DNA of 32,000 nt from Candidatus Midichloria mitochondrii IricVA. Lineage in GTDB: Bacteria; Pseudomonadota; Alphaproteobacteria; Rickettsiales; Midichloriaceae. Position 1 is the first letter of the stretch. Every line of letters begins with the position of its first letter. A model generated the notes under the pieces. The model was not told the DNA's origin and ran no database searches. It worked only from the letters and a program-made list of their open reading frames with translations. Below, piece by piece: positions 9,249-20,497 of the stretch. Where the stretch lies: the NCBI RefSeq assembly GCF_000219355.1, contig NC_015722.1, positions 1,110,001-1,142,000 of the forward strand, given 5' to 3'. Both the position numbers and the translations under genes were made by a program.

Positions 9249-10016
9249 TTAAGCTACTGCGGAGAGTGTAATGATATCAAAAGAGAGATTTAACCTGCCA
9301 TTGCTGGAATAATTTTGCCAATAATATTCTGAAGCAATCTTTAAAAAATTTTTTGAAACAGGCAGTACTGGGCTTGCTAAAAAATTACTAAAACCAATTT
9401 GCCGTAAATCTCTTAGCATATCAACTAGGCTACTATACTGTAGCTTCACAGTTTCCGTATGAATCACCACTCCTCTAAAACCACTGTTATTAGCTAGATT
9501 AACTAAAGATCCGGATTTGATCATGGGCATTATCCTCGAAAAGAGTCCACCGTATAGCTTTTCATCTGCATGAGTAAAAGCTTCTCTTAACTCGAAGAGA
9601 GAATAGTCTCCAACTATTGTAGCAATAAATAATCCATCTTTTTTTAATATTTTCTTATAGTTAGAAAAAGCTAACGGAACATGATTCACAAAATGCAATG
9701 ATAAGTTAGAGCACGCCAAATCGAAGTTATTAACTGCAAAAGGAAAGACATTTTCTTCAGAACACTGAAAATTAGTGGTAGGAAGGGGGCTTATAAAGCC
9801 ATGTCTTATGTTACTTCCAAGACTCCATAAATTCTCAATAGACTGGCCAAAATAGCCGAACAATAACAAATCATTGACCTCGCCTCGAGAGCGTAAAGCG
9901 CAATCGAAAATAATCTCTGCCCCCAGTTCGTATAAAAAATCGCTTGTAATGAACTGAGTGTGGAATCTTTCTAAATTCTCTTTTTGTTTAACTAAATCGA
10001 AAATTAATGGTTGCAC
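9249..10016 (-). CDS. class I methyltransferase-fold protein, NDUFAF5/BioC-like
   Basis: The 255-aa ORF starts with GTG. The blocks FDLACSNLSLHFVNHVPLAFSNYKKILKKDGLFIATIVGDYSLFELREAF and GGLFSRIMPMIKSGSLVNLANNSGF run parallel to the NDUFAF5-type pattern as I recall it (FDLV.SSLSLHWVNDLP...LKPDGVFI...GGDTLYELR...GG.SPHISPF). The glycine-rich motif I is degenerate here (LLLFGYFGQS). Confidence 0.7.
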   Translation of the reverse strand: MQPLIFDLVKQKENLERFHTQFITSDFLYELGAEIIFDCALRSRGEVNDLLLFGYFGQSIENLWSLGSNIRHGFISPLPTTNFQCSEENVFPFAVNNFDLACSNLSLHFVNHVPLAFSNYKKILKKDGLFIATIVGDYSLFELREAFTHADEKLYGGLFSRIMPMIKSGSLVNLANNSGFRGVVIHTETVKLQYSSLVDMLRDLRQIGFSNFLASPVLPVSKNFLKIASEYYWQNYSSNGRLNLSFDIITLSAVA

Positions 10017-10083
10017 TGTTCCGGTATCGTGATAAAGGTCTTGTAATTTTTTAAAATAATTTTTTTATAAGCTAAAGCATAAA

Positions 10084-10795
10084 ATGAAGTACACCACATG
10101 GTTACTCGACATTTTTAATTCATTAATTTTTGCTAAACACTGCATTATATGTAAAAAAATCTGTCATCGAGTATAATACATCATGCCACAATTGTTGGAA
10201 CAAAATCATTTTTATTACAGGAAAAACTTGCAAATCCTATGGCAAGCCAGATATAGGCAATTTCTCGTATCGTGAGTATTGCAGAGCACAGCTTGTTTCA
10301 AAAACAAAAAGATTTTTAAAACAATCCGAGTTGCTTGTATATATAATGAATCAATAGCAACAATAATACACCAGTCTAGGTGAGGATAAGACTCACTATA
10401 TTCAAAGTGTTAAATAAATTTTTAGTAAACACCCTTGTTCTATATTGATAAAAATATCGATCTTGTTGTCCCTGTACCTCTACATAGATCTAGGCTCAGA
10501 GAAAGAGGATACAACCCAATCTGCTATTATTGCTGAACATGTAGTAAATCACTTAAATTATTTTAGTAAGAATCAAAAATACTCCAAAACAAATGGCACT
10601 TTCACAAAAGATGCGTTACAGTAACATCGAGGGAGCGTTGCAGTTGGAAAATTAAACTTAGTGAAAAAGGGGCTATAGTGTACTGTTAGTTGATGACGTG
10701 GTAACTACAGGCTCTACTATTAGTGGGAGTGCGCTAAAGTTTTAAAAAAAGCTGGAGCATAATCTGTTCCTGCAATAACCGTTGCCAGGACTTGA
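10084..10795 (+). pseudogene. comF: comF-family (amidophosphoribosyltransferase-like) gene, heavily degraded
   Basis: Diagnostic ComF peptides are scattered over all three frames with several stops. They are MKYTTWLLDIFNSLIFAKHCIICKK (N-terminal Cys motif), HCWNKIIFITGKTCKSYGKP, DLVVPVPLHRSRLRERGYN followed out of frame by QSAIIAEHVVNHL, and the PRTase loop LLVDDVVTTGSTISGSALK. Track ORF 10130..10357 is one fragment. Confidence 0.75.
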
Positions 10796-10817
10796 AGAAT
10801 TTTTTTTAAAAACGTGC

Positions 10818-10845
10818 CTTGAAAGATATAGAGTAATCACTATAT
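10818..10845 (+). promoter_or_regulatory. candidate sigma-32-type heat-shock promoter of groES-groEL
   Basis: CTTGAAA lies at 10818..10824, followed by a 13-nt spacer and CACTATAT at 10838..10845. The E. coli-type consensus is CTTGAAA-N13-15-CCCCATNT. The site is about 30 nt upstream of the groES SD (AACGAGG) and the ATG at 10878. This is a motif match only. Confidence 0.4.
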
Positions 10846-10877
10846 AAGGTGTATCTAATATTAACGAGGTAATTAAT

Positions 10878-12842
<1,965 letters not shown>

Positions 12843-12869
12843 CTTATATCGAAATCCACATGAAAATCT

Positions 12870-12903
12870 AAGAAGGCGCCTTGAAAATTCAAGGCGCCTT
12901 CTT
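12870..12903 (+). terminator. hairpin terminator downstream of groEL
   Basis: A perfect 16-bp inverted repeat AAGAAGGCGCCTTGAA / TTCAAGGCGCCTTCTT lies about 30 nt after the groEL stop. The trailing T-run is weak (TTAATTTG). Confidence 0.65.
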
Positions 12904-13068
12904 AATTTGTATGACGACTTAACATGCGCTATGCTATCAGCTCTGTAATCCAATATGTAGATAAGCTGGATAATATACTTGCTTGGGTCTTTAAATAAAG
13001 CCCTTCAAGTATATCATTCCATTACATAAAAAACCTACAAAAAATAGGCGCCTTAAGTTTTTTTAAGG

Positions 13069-13876
13069 GGCATTGCCTAACATTTATAGATAGAAGTTTC
13101 AAATCCGTCAAATGCCTATGGAAGAAGAGGGTAAGAGTAGCGCAAAGCATCCTCAGGAATTTGCTGTAGCGCTTCGTTCTTCGATTAAAACTAGCTGGAT
13201 AATGCCTCTTAAAGAATTCTTTGATTCTACCAATGAGGTCTCAGCCTTTGTTTTGTGATGGTGCGTGGAGATTTTGTAGTATTCATAAACGCTGTAATCA
13301 TCTGTACATGCTCAATTTATAACGTTCTTCCAAGCCTAAATGCCAGGTTCAGGTGGGTTGCCTTGCTCCCGTCACCTACCTTCAAAATCAATAATTTCAC
13401 CCGCTCCTCTATCAACAGCAATCCATATAAAGGTGTACCCCACTTCCATTCTTTGGTCTTTTTTTATATATGCACAGCCCCTCAATCTCTAGGACCTCGA
13501 TATCCTTAAGTGACTTTGTGCTGTTGCAGCTCTTATCTAACTTTTCTTGCACATAGCGCCCCCCGTCCTTCGATCCATGAAGATATTTGGCTGTTATGGA
13601 TTCCAGTCAGTCTCTCTATCGTCCTAATCCCGCAGTCCTCAAGATTAGGTTTTAAGTCTATCATTCATAGTGTATTTCTGTCGCTTATTACCTTCTCGGT
13701 AATTCTTTTTGCAATTCTTGCACCTATTTACCTCTTGCTGTCCCTATACCACGCCATTCTTCACCTGCTCGCTAGAGCCGCAATATTTACACTTGATTGT
13801 CATTTCCTACTCCACCCATTCTACTACGAAGATATCATACCTTCTTATTGCCGTCCATAATTTACCAGGCAATGCC
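13069..13876 (-). mobile_element. defective IS1-family insertion sequence, copy 1
   Basis: The 808-bp element has terminal inverted repeats GGCATTGCCT and is flanked by the 8-bp direct repeat TTTTAAGG (13061..13068 and 13877..13884). The minus strand encodes an InsA-like zinc ribbon (MTIKCKYCGSSEQVKNGVV, stop, ...RCKNCKK) and an HTH (GIRTIERLTGIHNSQISSWI). It also encodes an InsB-like DDE part (FIWIAVDRGAGEIIDF, ETSLVESKNSL, RFNRRT.RYS). The reading is broken by an in-frame TAG and several frameshifts. Plus-strand track ORFs 13255..13509 and 13510..13860 are antisense shadows. Confidence 0.8.
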
Positions 13877-13963
13877 TTTTAAGGCGCTTTTTTTAAGTTG
13901 CATAGCAGTTAAATATATGGTACGCTTGCCTTCCCATAATTAATATAAAGTTTTGTTTTTGAT

Positions 13964-14089
13964 ATGAAAGTCTTATCATCGTTGAAATCTGCAAAAAAAA
14001 GAGATAAAAACTGTCGTGTTGTAAGAAGAAAGGGCAGGGTTTATGTCATTAACAAAGCTAATCCTAAGTTCAAAGCTAAACAAGCCTGA
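13964..14089 (+). CDS. rpmJ: 50S ribosomal protein L36
   Basis: This 41-aa ORF falls below the track's length cutoff. It reads [41 protein letters not shown], the alphaproteobacterial bL36 pattern, and ends with TGA at 14087..14089. Confidence 0.9.
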   Translation: MKVLSSLKSAKKRDKNCRVVRRKGRVYVINKANPKFKAKQA

Positions 14090-14095
14090 GCTTGA

Positions 14096-14770
14096 ATGGA
14101 GAGGAGTGAGTGCTTATTTTCGAATTCGTTCCTTAGTTGCTTTTCTTCTTTTAATCTAGTTCCATATGCCGCTGCCATTTCTTCAATGGCTTCTGTTGTC
14201 GATCAAATCCTTAATAGGCATCATAATAGTGTGCTTTGGTTCCTGGAGCATGATCACTTATATACCGCTGGAGCCTCAGCAAATAGCTCAGATCTTATAG
14301 CCAACCCACAAGCCCCTATCTTTACAACAGATCGTGGCGGTAAATACACTTACCATGGCCCTGGACAGCTAATAGTTTATATGATGCTGGATTTAAAAGC
14401 TCTTTATCACAATCAACCCGATATAAAAAAATTCGTCTCTGATATGTGTGAATGGTTGATAGCTTCATTGAAGGAAGTGGGAGCGCACTGTATCACCGAT
14501 GAAGAAAATATAGGAATATGGTGCTTTGATGAAACTCAAAATAAGAAAAAGATAGCTTCAATTGGCCTTAAACTTAAAAAATGGGTCACTTACCACGGAG
14601 TCGCTATCAATATTTCACCAGACTTGTCGAAATTTAATTTCATTAAACCTTGCGGCCTTTCGTCGCATTCAATATCTTCTTTGGAAGCTCTGGGGCATAA
14701 TATCGATATCAGTAAACTGAGGTCGATATTAATAAAAAACTTTTTAATTATGTTTAATATTAATGATTAA
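14096..14770 (+). CDS. lipB: octanoyltransferase (lipoyl(octanoyl) transferase)
   Basis: LipB blocks are present: LWFLEHDHLYTAG, TDRGGKYTYHGPGQLIVY, KIASIGLKLKKWVTYHGVAINI and IKPCGL (catalytic Cys region). Confidence 0.9.
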   Translation: MERSECLFSNSFLSCFSSFNLVPYAAAISSMASVVDQILNRHHNSVLWFLEHDHLYTAGASANSSDLIANPQAPIFTTDRGGKYTYHGPGQLIVYMMLDLKALYHNQPDIKKFVSDMCEWLIASLKEVGAHCITDEENIGIWCFDETQNKKKIASIGLKLKKWVTYHGVAINISPDLSKFNFIKPCGLSSHSISSLEALGHNIDISKLRSILIKNFLIMFNIND

Positions 14771-14816
14771 AATGGTATGAATGCAGCTTAGTGCCGAATC
14801 CATTAAATAAACTTCA

Positions 14817-15947
14817 ATGCCTTTAAGGTTATTTTCCTCAGAATCAGTTTCAGAAGGGCATCCAGATAAAATCGCCGACCAAGTTTCCGATGCCATATTG
14901 GATGCAATCATTGCCCTAGATCATAATGCACGAGTTGCCTGTGAAGTATTAGTAAAAAATAGTATAATCCTAGTAGCAGGAGAAATTACAACCATTGCAT
15001 GGATTGACATAGAAAAAACTGTAAAAAATGTTATTGCAAGCATTGGCTACAACGATCCAGAATTAGGGTTTGATGCACGTAGCTGCTCTCCAATATCTGC
15101 TATAGGACAACAATCACACGATATCGCATTAGGCGTAAACTCTAAAGCAGGTAAAGAGCTGGGTGCTGGAGATCAAGGTATGATGTTTGGTTTTGCATGT
15201 GATGAAACCGAAGCATTAATGCCGTTACCAATATATTATGCTCATCAACTCATGCAAAGGCAGGCAGAAGTAAGACATAAAAAAATCTTACCGTGGCTGA
15301 GACCGGATGCTAAGGCTCAAATCACTGCTAAATATGAAAATGACCGGCCAATTTCTATAGAAACTATAGTATTTTCTACACAACACTCTGTGGGAGTTTC
15401 TCATAAACAGATTACAGAAGGTGTTATAGAAGAAATCATAAGACCAGTAATACCTCCGCATCTTTTACATAAAGACACCAAATTTTTAATCAATCCTACA
15501 GGCTATTTTATTATTGGTGGCCCAGTTGCAGATTGTGGCTTAACTGGAAGAAAAACTATTGTTGATACCTATGGCGGTGCTGCAAGACACGGAGGTGGCG
15601 CTTTCTCTGGTAAAGATCCAACAAAAGTTGATAGGTCGGCTGCATATATGGCAAGACATGTGGCAAAAAATATTGTAGCAACAGGTCTTGCATCGCGTTG
15701 CGAAATACAAATTGCTTATGCCATTGGAGTTACCGAACCTGTTGCAATGTATGTGAACTGCTTTAATACTAATAAAATCCCAGAAGAAGAGATTCTACAG
15801 TTGATTAAGGAAAAATTTGATTTTAGGCCTGCCCAAATTATAGATTATTTAAAATTAAGACGTCCTATATATAGGGCTACAGCTAATTACGGCCATTTTG
15901 GTAGAAGCGGCTTTAACTGGGAAGACTGGAATAATGTTTTAGCTTAA
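14817..15947 (+). CDS. metK: S-adenosylmethionine synthase
   Basis: Canonical MetK motifs are present: [37 protein letters not shown], and [44 protein letters not shown]. Confidence 0.97.
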   Translation: MPLRLFSSESVSEGHPDKIADQVSDAILDAIIALDHNARVACEVLVKNSIILVAGEITTIAWIDIEKTVKNVIASIGYNDPELGFDARSCSPISAIGQQSHDIALGVNSKAGKELGAGDQGMMFGFACDETEALMPLPIYYAHQLMQRQAEVRHKKILPWLRPDAKAQITAKYENDRPISIETIVFSTQHSVGVSHKQITEGVIEEIIRPVIPPHLLHKDTKFLINPTGYFIIGGPVADCGLTGRKTIVDTYGGAARHGGGAFSGKDPTKVDRSAAYMARHVAKNIVATGLASRCEIQIAYAIGVTEPVAMYVNCFNTNKIPEEEILQLIKEKFDFRPAQIIDYLKLRRPIYRATANYGHFGRSGFNWEDWNNVLA

Positions 15948-15967
15948 GTAATTAATGAGCGCTAGCG

Positions 15968-16862
15968 GTGAAAAAAAGACTAATAAGATCAATAAAATAT
16001 TTCTTTTTGACTCTCTTCTTGCTCCTATTTTTCTTATGGTTTGCTATACTCCCTTACAGATTTGCGTCTGTACTCGGAGGAAAGCTTGCTCAATGTGTTG
16101 GTAGCTTATTAAGCTTGCGAAATAATGTTGCCAGAAAGAACCTAAAGATTATAGACCCCAGTTTAAGCAAAGATAAGATTGAAAAAATTATTAAACAAGC
16201 TTGGAATAATTTTGGCCGCATCATTGCGGAACTAACAAATTTAAGATCCAGGGATACGAACAATATAGGAAAATTAGTCGAGCTAATAGGTACCGCAAAT
16301 CTTGGAAAAGCTGTTGCAGCTAACAAACCAATAATCTTCGTTTCTGCTCATTATAGCAACTGGGAAATGCTATCACTATTCGTTAAATTTCACCTTAATT
16401 TACCCTTGCAAGTTGTCTATAAAAAACCACCCAACATTCTTCTTTATTATTTAATAAAATTTTTGAGAAGATTAAGAAACTCCAGTATTGAAAATGTGAA
16501 TTCTATTAGAAATATTATTAGCTTAATCAAACGAAAAGGGTATCTAGGAATGATTATAGACCAAAAAGTTATAGATGGTATTTCGGTACCATTTTTTGGA
16601 CTAGAGTCCCAAACCTCAACTCTAACTGCAAATCTAGCAATACGTTACGATTGTATTATATTGCCTGCTAGAATTTACCGACAAAATCCTAGACATACAT
16701 TCAAGCTCGAATTCTTGCCCCCGATTAATTACCAAAAAAACTATTAATGATAAAGAAGACGTAAAAAATATCACTACTTTAATAAATAAAGAATTCGAAA
16801 AATGGATCAAAGAAAAGCCTGAAGAATGTTTATTATTTCATCGCAGATGGCCAAATATTTAA
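15968..16862 (+). pseudogene. lipid A biosynthesis lauroyl/acyl transferase (LpxL/HtrB family), frameshifted near the 3' end as sequenced
   Basis: Track ORF 15968..16747 has an N-terminal anchor and the HX4E acyltransferase motif in SAHYSNWEM. It stops just after an A7 run (16734..16740). The family's C-terminus continues in another frame as INDKEDVKNITTLINKEFEKWIKEKPEECLLFHRRWPNI, with stop at 16860..16862. Removing one A gives a 297-aa protein of normal size. Confidence 0.8.
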
Positions 16863-16963
16863 TTGTATTAGAATCAATAAAATTAATGTTGATTGTATAT
16901 CAGTAAAGAATTATATAATACCAAATCCCGCACTTTATGGAGTTCATTGTTTTAGGGTAAAAA

Positions 16964-18760
16964 ATGCTAAAAACCAAAATGTCGAAAAAAATTGGTGCTT
17001 TTTTATGGTATTTTCTTAAAAGACAGCCTTGGGCTTTTTCTTTCATAACGATTACTGCAACAATCTCTACTTTATCTAATAACACTATCTGGCCTTACAT
17101 AACCGGCAACTTAGTTGATGCATTTAATAAGTTAAATGCATCAGCTCCAGAAGCAGATCTTAACATAATACTTGTACCATTAGCTGTAGCCCTTGCTTTT
17201 TGGGTTTTCATTGAATTTGTCCAACGATCAAAAGGGGTGCTCCTAGGGTTTGCAATGCCGAAGTTTGAAGCTAATATTAGAACTTCAATGTTTAATTATG
17301 TCAGTAATCATTCACATTCTTATTTTGTACAAACTCATGTAGGGGGCATTGCTCAAAGAATTAGCGATATGCCTAAAAGCGCTAAACTAGTAATAGATGA
17401 CCTATTAACAGTCTTTATACCATTAATTGTATCAATTATTGCTTCTTCCTCAGTTTTTCTTTCAATGCATCCACTGCTTGCGGCAATATTTTTTACCTGG
17501 CTTGGCTTACACTTTACACTCTGCGTTTTTTTCTGTTTGAAAGCAGCTAACAGTGTTTCTGTGCAATCTGCAGCCAGAGCCCTGCTACAAGGTAAAATCG
17601 TTGACAGTATGACTAATCACCTTAGCGTCAAATTATTTACTGCACACCAACATGAAATGCAAACTATAAAAGAAGCTCAGGCTGATGAATTGCAAAAATA
17701 CAGATATAGCTTAATTTATATAGAAAAATTTAAAATGCTGCTAAGCCTCATTAGTATAATAAATATAACATTATTGCTCTATTTGGCGATCAAGCTGTGG
17801 CAGCAAGGCCAGATCACGATTGGAGATATAGTCTTTACTATTAACAGTACACTTGGGCTTATGACAAATCTTTGGTTTACTGGAGATGAAATTTCCTATA
17901 TGTTCTATGAAATTGGAGTGTGTAAACAATCCCTAATCTTGCTAGAAGAACCAACTGAAATATCAGAAAGTACATTAAAGCAAATAAAGGTTACCCAAGG
18001 AAAAATCGAATTTGATAATGTGAGCTTTAACTATCACAACAATGGCAATATATTTAAAAATAAATCTTTGGTAATACACGGTGGACAAAAAGTCGGTTTA
18101 GTAGGTTTTTCGGGGAGTGGCAAAACTACATTCGCAAATTTAATAATGCGCTTATATGAAGTATCCTCTGGTACTGTAAAAATCGATGATCAAGACGTAT
18201 CTCAAGCTTCTCTTCTATCTTTACGTAGTAATATCGCATTTATACCTCAAGACCCATTTTTATTTCACAGGTCAGTATTGGAGAATATCAGGTATGGAAA
18301 TATTAATGCAACAGATGAAGAAGTTAAAGAGGTTGCTAAAAAAGCAGAATGTGACAGCTTTATAATGAACTTAGAGCATGGATATGATACAATAGTTGGT
18401 GAAAGAGGAAGTAAGTTGTCAGGTGGTCAGCGCCAACGTATTGCAATCGCAAGAGCAATGTTAAAAAATGCACCAATTGTTATAATGGATGAAGCTACTT
18501 CAGCTCTTGATTCAGTGACCGAAAGACTAATAGAGAAGAGCCTGCAACATTTAATGGTCAACAAAACAGCCATAGTGATAGCGCATAGATTATCTACACT
18601 GTTGCATCTTGACAGAATTCTGGTATTTGAGAAGGGTAATATTGTTGGGGACGGAACCCATGAAGAGCTTTTAACTAAGGGGGGACGTTACGCAATGCTA
18701 TGGCACATGCAGCAAAGTGGACTTCTGCCTGAACACGATAATGGAAAAAAGGGTATAAAA
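16964..18760 (+). CDS. ABC exporter, fused permease/ATPase (MsbA/lipid-A-flippase-like); no stop codon of its own
   Basis: The N-terminal six-helix exporter domain is followed by Walker A GFSGSGKTT, signature LSGGQRQRIAIARA and Walker B IVIMDEATSALD. Position next to an lpxL-family gene fits an MsbA-like role. The frame runs without a stop into fabD (track ORF 16964..19711). Confidence 0.85.
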
Positions 18761-19711
18761 ATGGATAAAAATAAAAGCTCTCTTCTATTCCCGGGACAAG
18801 GTTCTCAAGTCGTCGGCATGGGAGTAGAATTGTTTAACACTTTTAACGAAGCAAAAGAAGTTTTCTCTCTTATAGACGAAACCTTAAAACAAAATCTTTC
18901 TCAATTAATGTTTTCTGGAGAGTTGGAAGAACTTACTTTGACTGCTAATGCACAACCTGCAATAATGGCTGTTTCTTTAGCAGTTATGGCTGTTCTAGAA
19001 AAACAGCTGAATTTGACAATTCAGGACTTATGCAATGTTGCCGCCGGCCATTCTTTGGGAGAATATAGCGCACTTGCTGCAAGTGGAGTTTTTTCTTTAA
19101 CAGATACTGCCAGTTTATTGAGAGTTAGAGGTGATGCTATGCAATCCGCTGTTAATCCGGGAGAAGGAGCAATGGTTGCTTTAATCGGCACAGATCTCGA
19201 TAGCGCACAAAAATTATGTAACCATGTTGCAAACTATGGAGCTTGTCAAATTGCAAATGATAACGGCGCAGGTCAAATCGTCTTGAGCGGAGCCACTATA
19301 GCCATTGATAAAGCAATAGAATCAGCAACAAATTTTGGCGTTAAAAAAGCAATAAAATTAAAAGTCAGTGCCCCTTTCCATTCAAGTTTAATGCAATCAG
19401 CTGCATTTAAAATGGAACAAGCATTGAAGGGAGTAGCAATCCATAATCCAACTATAGATGTTATGGCTAATTTTAACGTTGAGAAGCACCATGAAAGCAT
19501 AACTAAAGATCTTTTAGTCAGCCAAGTCGCTGGAAGCGTCAGGTGGCGCGAGACTATGGAAAAAATCACTACTCATTATGAAGTTGATACTTTTATAGAA
19601 ATAGGGCCAGGCCAGGTGTTATCTGGCATCGCAAAACGTATGTATCCAGGATCTAATGTTTTTAATTTACATACGCCAAAAAATATAGAAGAATTCTCTG
19701 ACTTCTTATAA
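18761..19711 (+). CDS. fabD: malonyl-CoA:ACP transacylase
   Basis: From ATG 18761 the sequence reads MDKNKSSLLFPGQGSQVVGMG, with the active-site GHSLGEYSALAASG. The 316 aa is a normal FabD size. As sequenced it is in frame with the upstream ABC exporter. Confidence 0.9.
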   Translation: MDKNKSSLLFPGQGSQVVGMGVELFNTFNEAKEVFSLIDETLKQNLSQLMFSGELEELTLTANAQPAIMAVSLAVMAVLEKQLNLTIQDLCNVAAGHSLGEYSALAASGVFSLTDTASLLRVRGDAMQSAVNPGEGAMVALIGTDLDSAQKLCNHVANYGACQIANDNGAGQIVLSGATIAIDKAIESATNFGVKKAIKLKVSAPFHSSLMQSAAFKMEQALKGVAIHNPTIDVMANFNVEKHHESITKDLLVSQVAGSVRWRETMEKITTHYEVDTFIEIGPGQVLSGIAKRMYPGSNVFNLHTPKNIEEFSDFL

Positions 19712-19733
19712 TTATTAACAAAGAAGAGGAAGA

Positions 19734-20471
19734 ATGTTTAATTTAACAGGAACCAACGCCCTTGTAACGGGCGCAACAGGGGGATTAGGCCTTGCCATAG
19801 TCAGGAAGCTACATGAAGCTGGCGCAAACGTGATCGCAAGCGCCACTAAACTAGAAAATTTAAATAAATTAAAATCTGAATACCAGGAGCGTTTAAGCAT
19901 CATTAAATGTGACCTAGCAAATCCAACAGAGACGGAAACACTATTAGATCAAGCAGAAGAAATTGCAGGAGAGATCAGTATAGTCGTTTGTAACGCTGGG
20001 CTTTGCAGAGATAATCTAGCAATGAGAATGAGCGATGAAGAATGGGATACCGTATTAAATATTAACCTCACATCAGTATTTAGACTAAACCGGGCTGCTA
20101 TAAAAAAAATGATAAGAAGAGGGTATGGGCGCATCATTAATATCTCTTCAGTAGTGGGTCTCACTGGCAATATCGGCCAAGCAAATTATACAGCAACAAA
20201 AGCTGGCTTGATTGGAATGTCTAAATCACTCGCAGCAGAGATTGCTACTCGTGGAATCACCATAAACTGTGTAGCTCCTGGTTTTATTAAGACTCCAATG
20301 ACAGAACACTTGCCTCAAGAAATAAAAGACTCCATAATAAAGAAAATACCAGTGGCAAAAATGGGACATCCGGGTGATATAGCAAACGGGGTTTTGTTTT
20401 TGGCTTTGAGGGAGAGTGCTTATATAACTGGCCAAACTCTCCATATAAATGGAGGCATGTTGATGGTCTGA
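19734..20471 (+). CDS. fabG: 3-oxoacyl-ACP reductase
   Basis: This is a 245-aa SDR with cofactor motif TGATGGLGLAI, NAG, the catalytic YTATKAG and the C-terminal GQTLHINGGMLM. It lies directly after fabD. Confidence 0.9.
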   Translation: MFNLTGTNALVTGATGGLGLAIVRKLHEAGANVIASATKLENLNKLKSEYQERLSIIKCDLANPTETETLLDQAEEIAGEISIVVCNAGLCRDNLAMRMSDEEWDTVLNINLTSVFRLNRAAIKKMIRRGYGRIINISSVVGLTGNIGQANYTATKAGLIGMSKSLAAEIATRGITINCVAPGFIKTPMTEHLPQEIKDSIIKKIPVAKMGHPGDIANGVLFLALRESAYITGQTLHINGGMLMV

Positions 20472-20497
20472 TTTGAGACAATTTTAGTGGGGAGGGT

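Noticed and set aside
10796-10877. CIRCE (HrcA) operator upstream of groES
   Set aside because: No TTAGCACTC-N9-GAGTGCTAA-like inverted repeat is present. Only the sigma-32-like hexamers are seen.
13255-13860. Plus-strand ORFs 13255..13509 and 13510..13860 as genes (likewise 21881..22087 and 22078..22407)
   Set aside because: They lie inside the IS1-family copies, antisense to recognisable InsA/InsB-like transposase fragments, and translate to low-complexity Leu/Ser/Ile-rich sequence.
16889-16919. TTGATT-N17-TATATA upstream of the ABC exporter as a sigma-70 promoter
   Set aside because: It is plausible, but such matches are frequent in AT-rich spacers and I have no supporting evidence.
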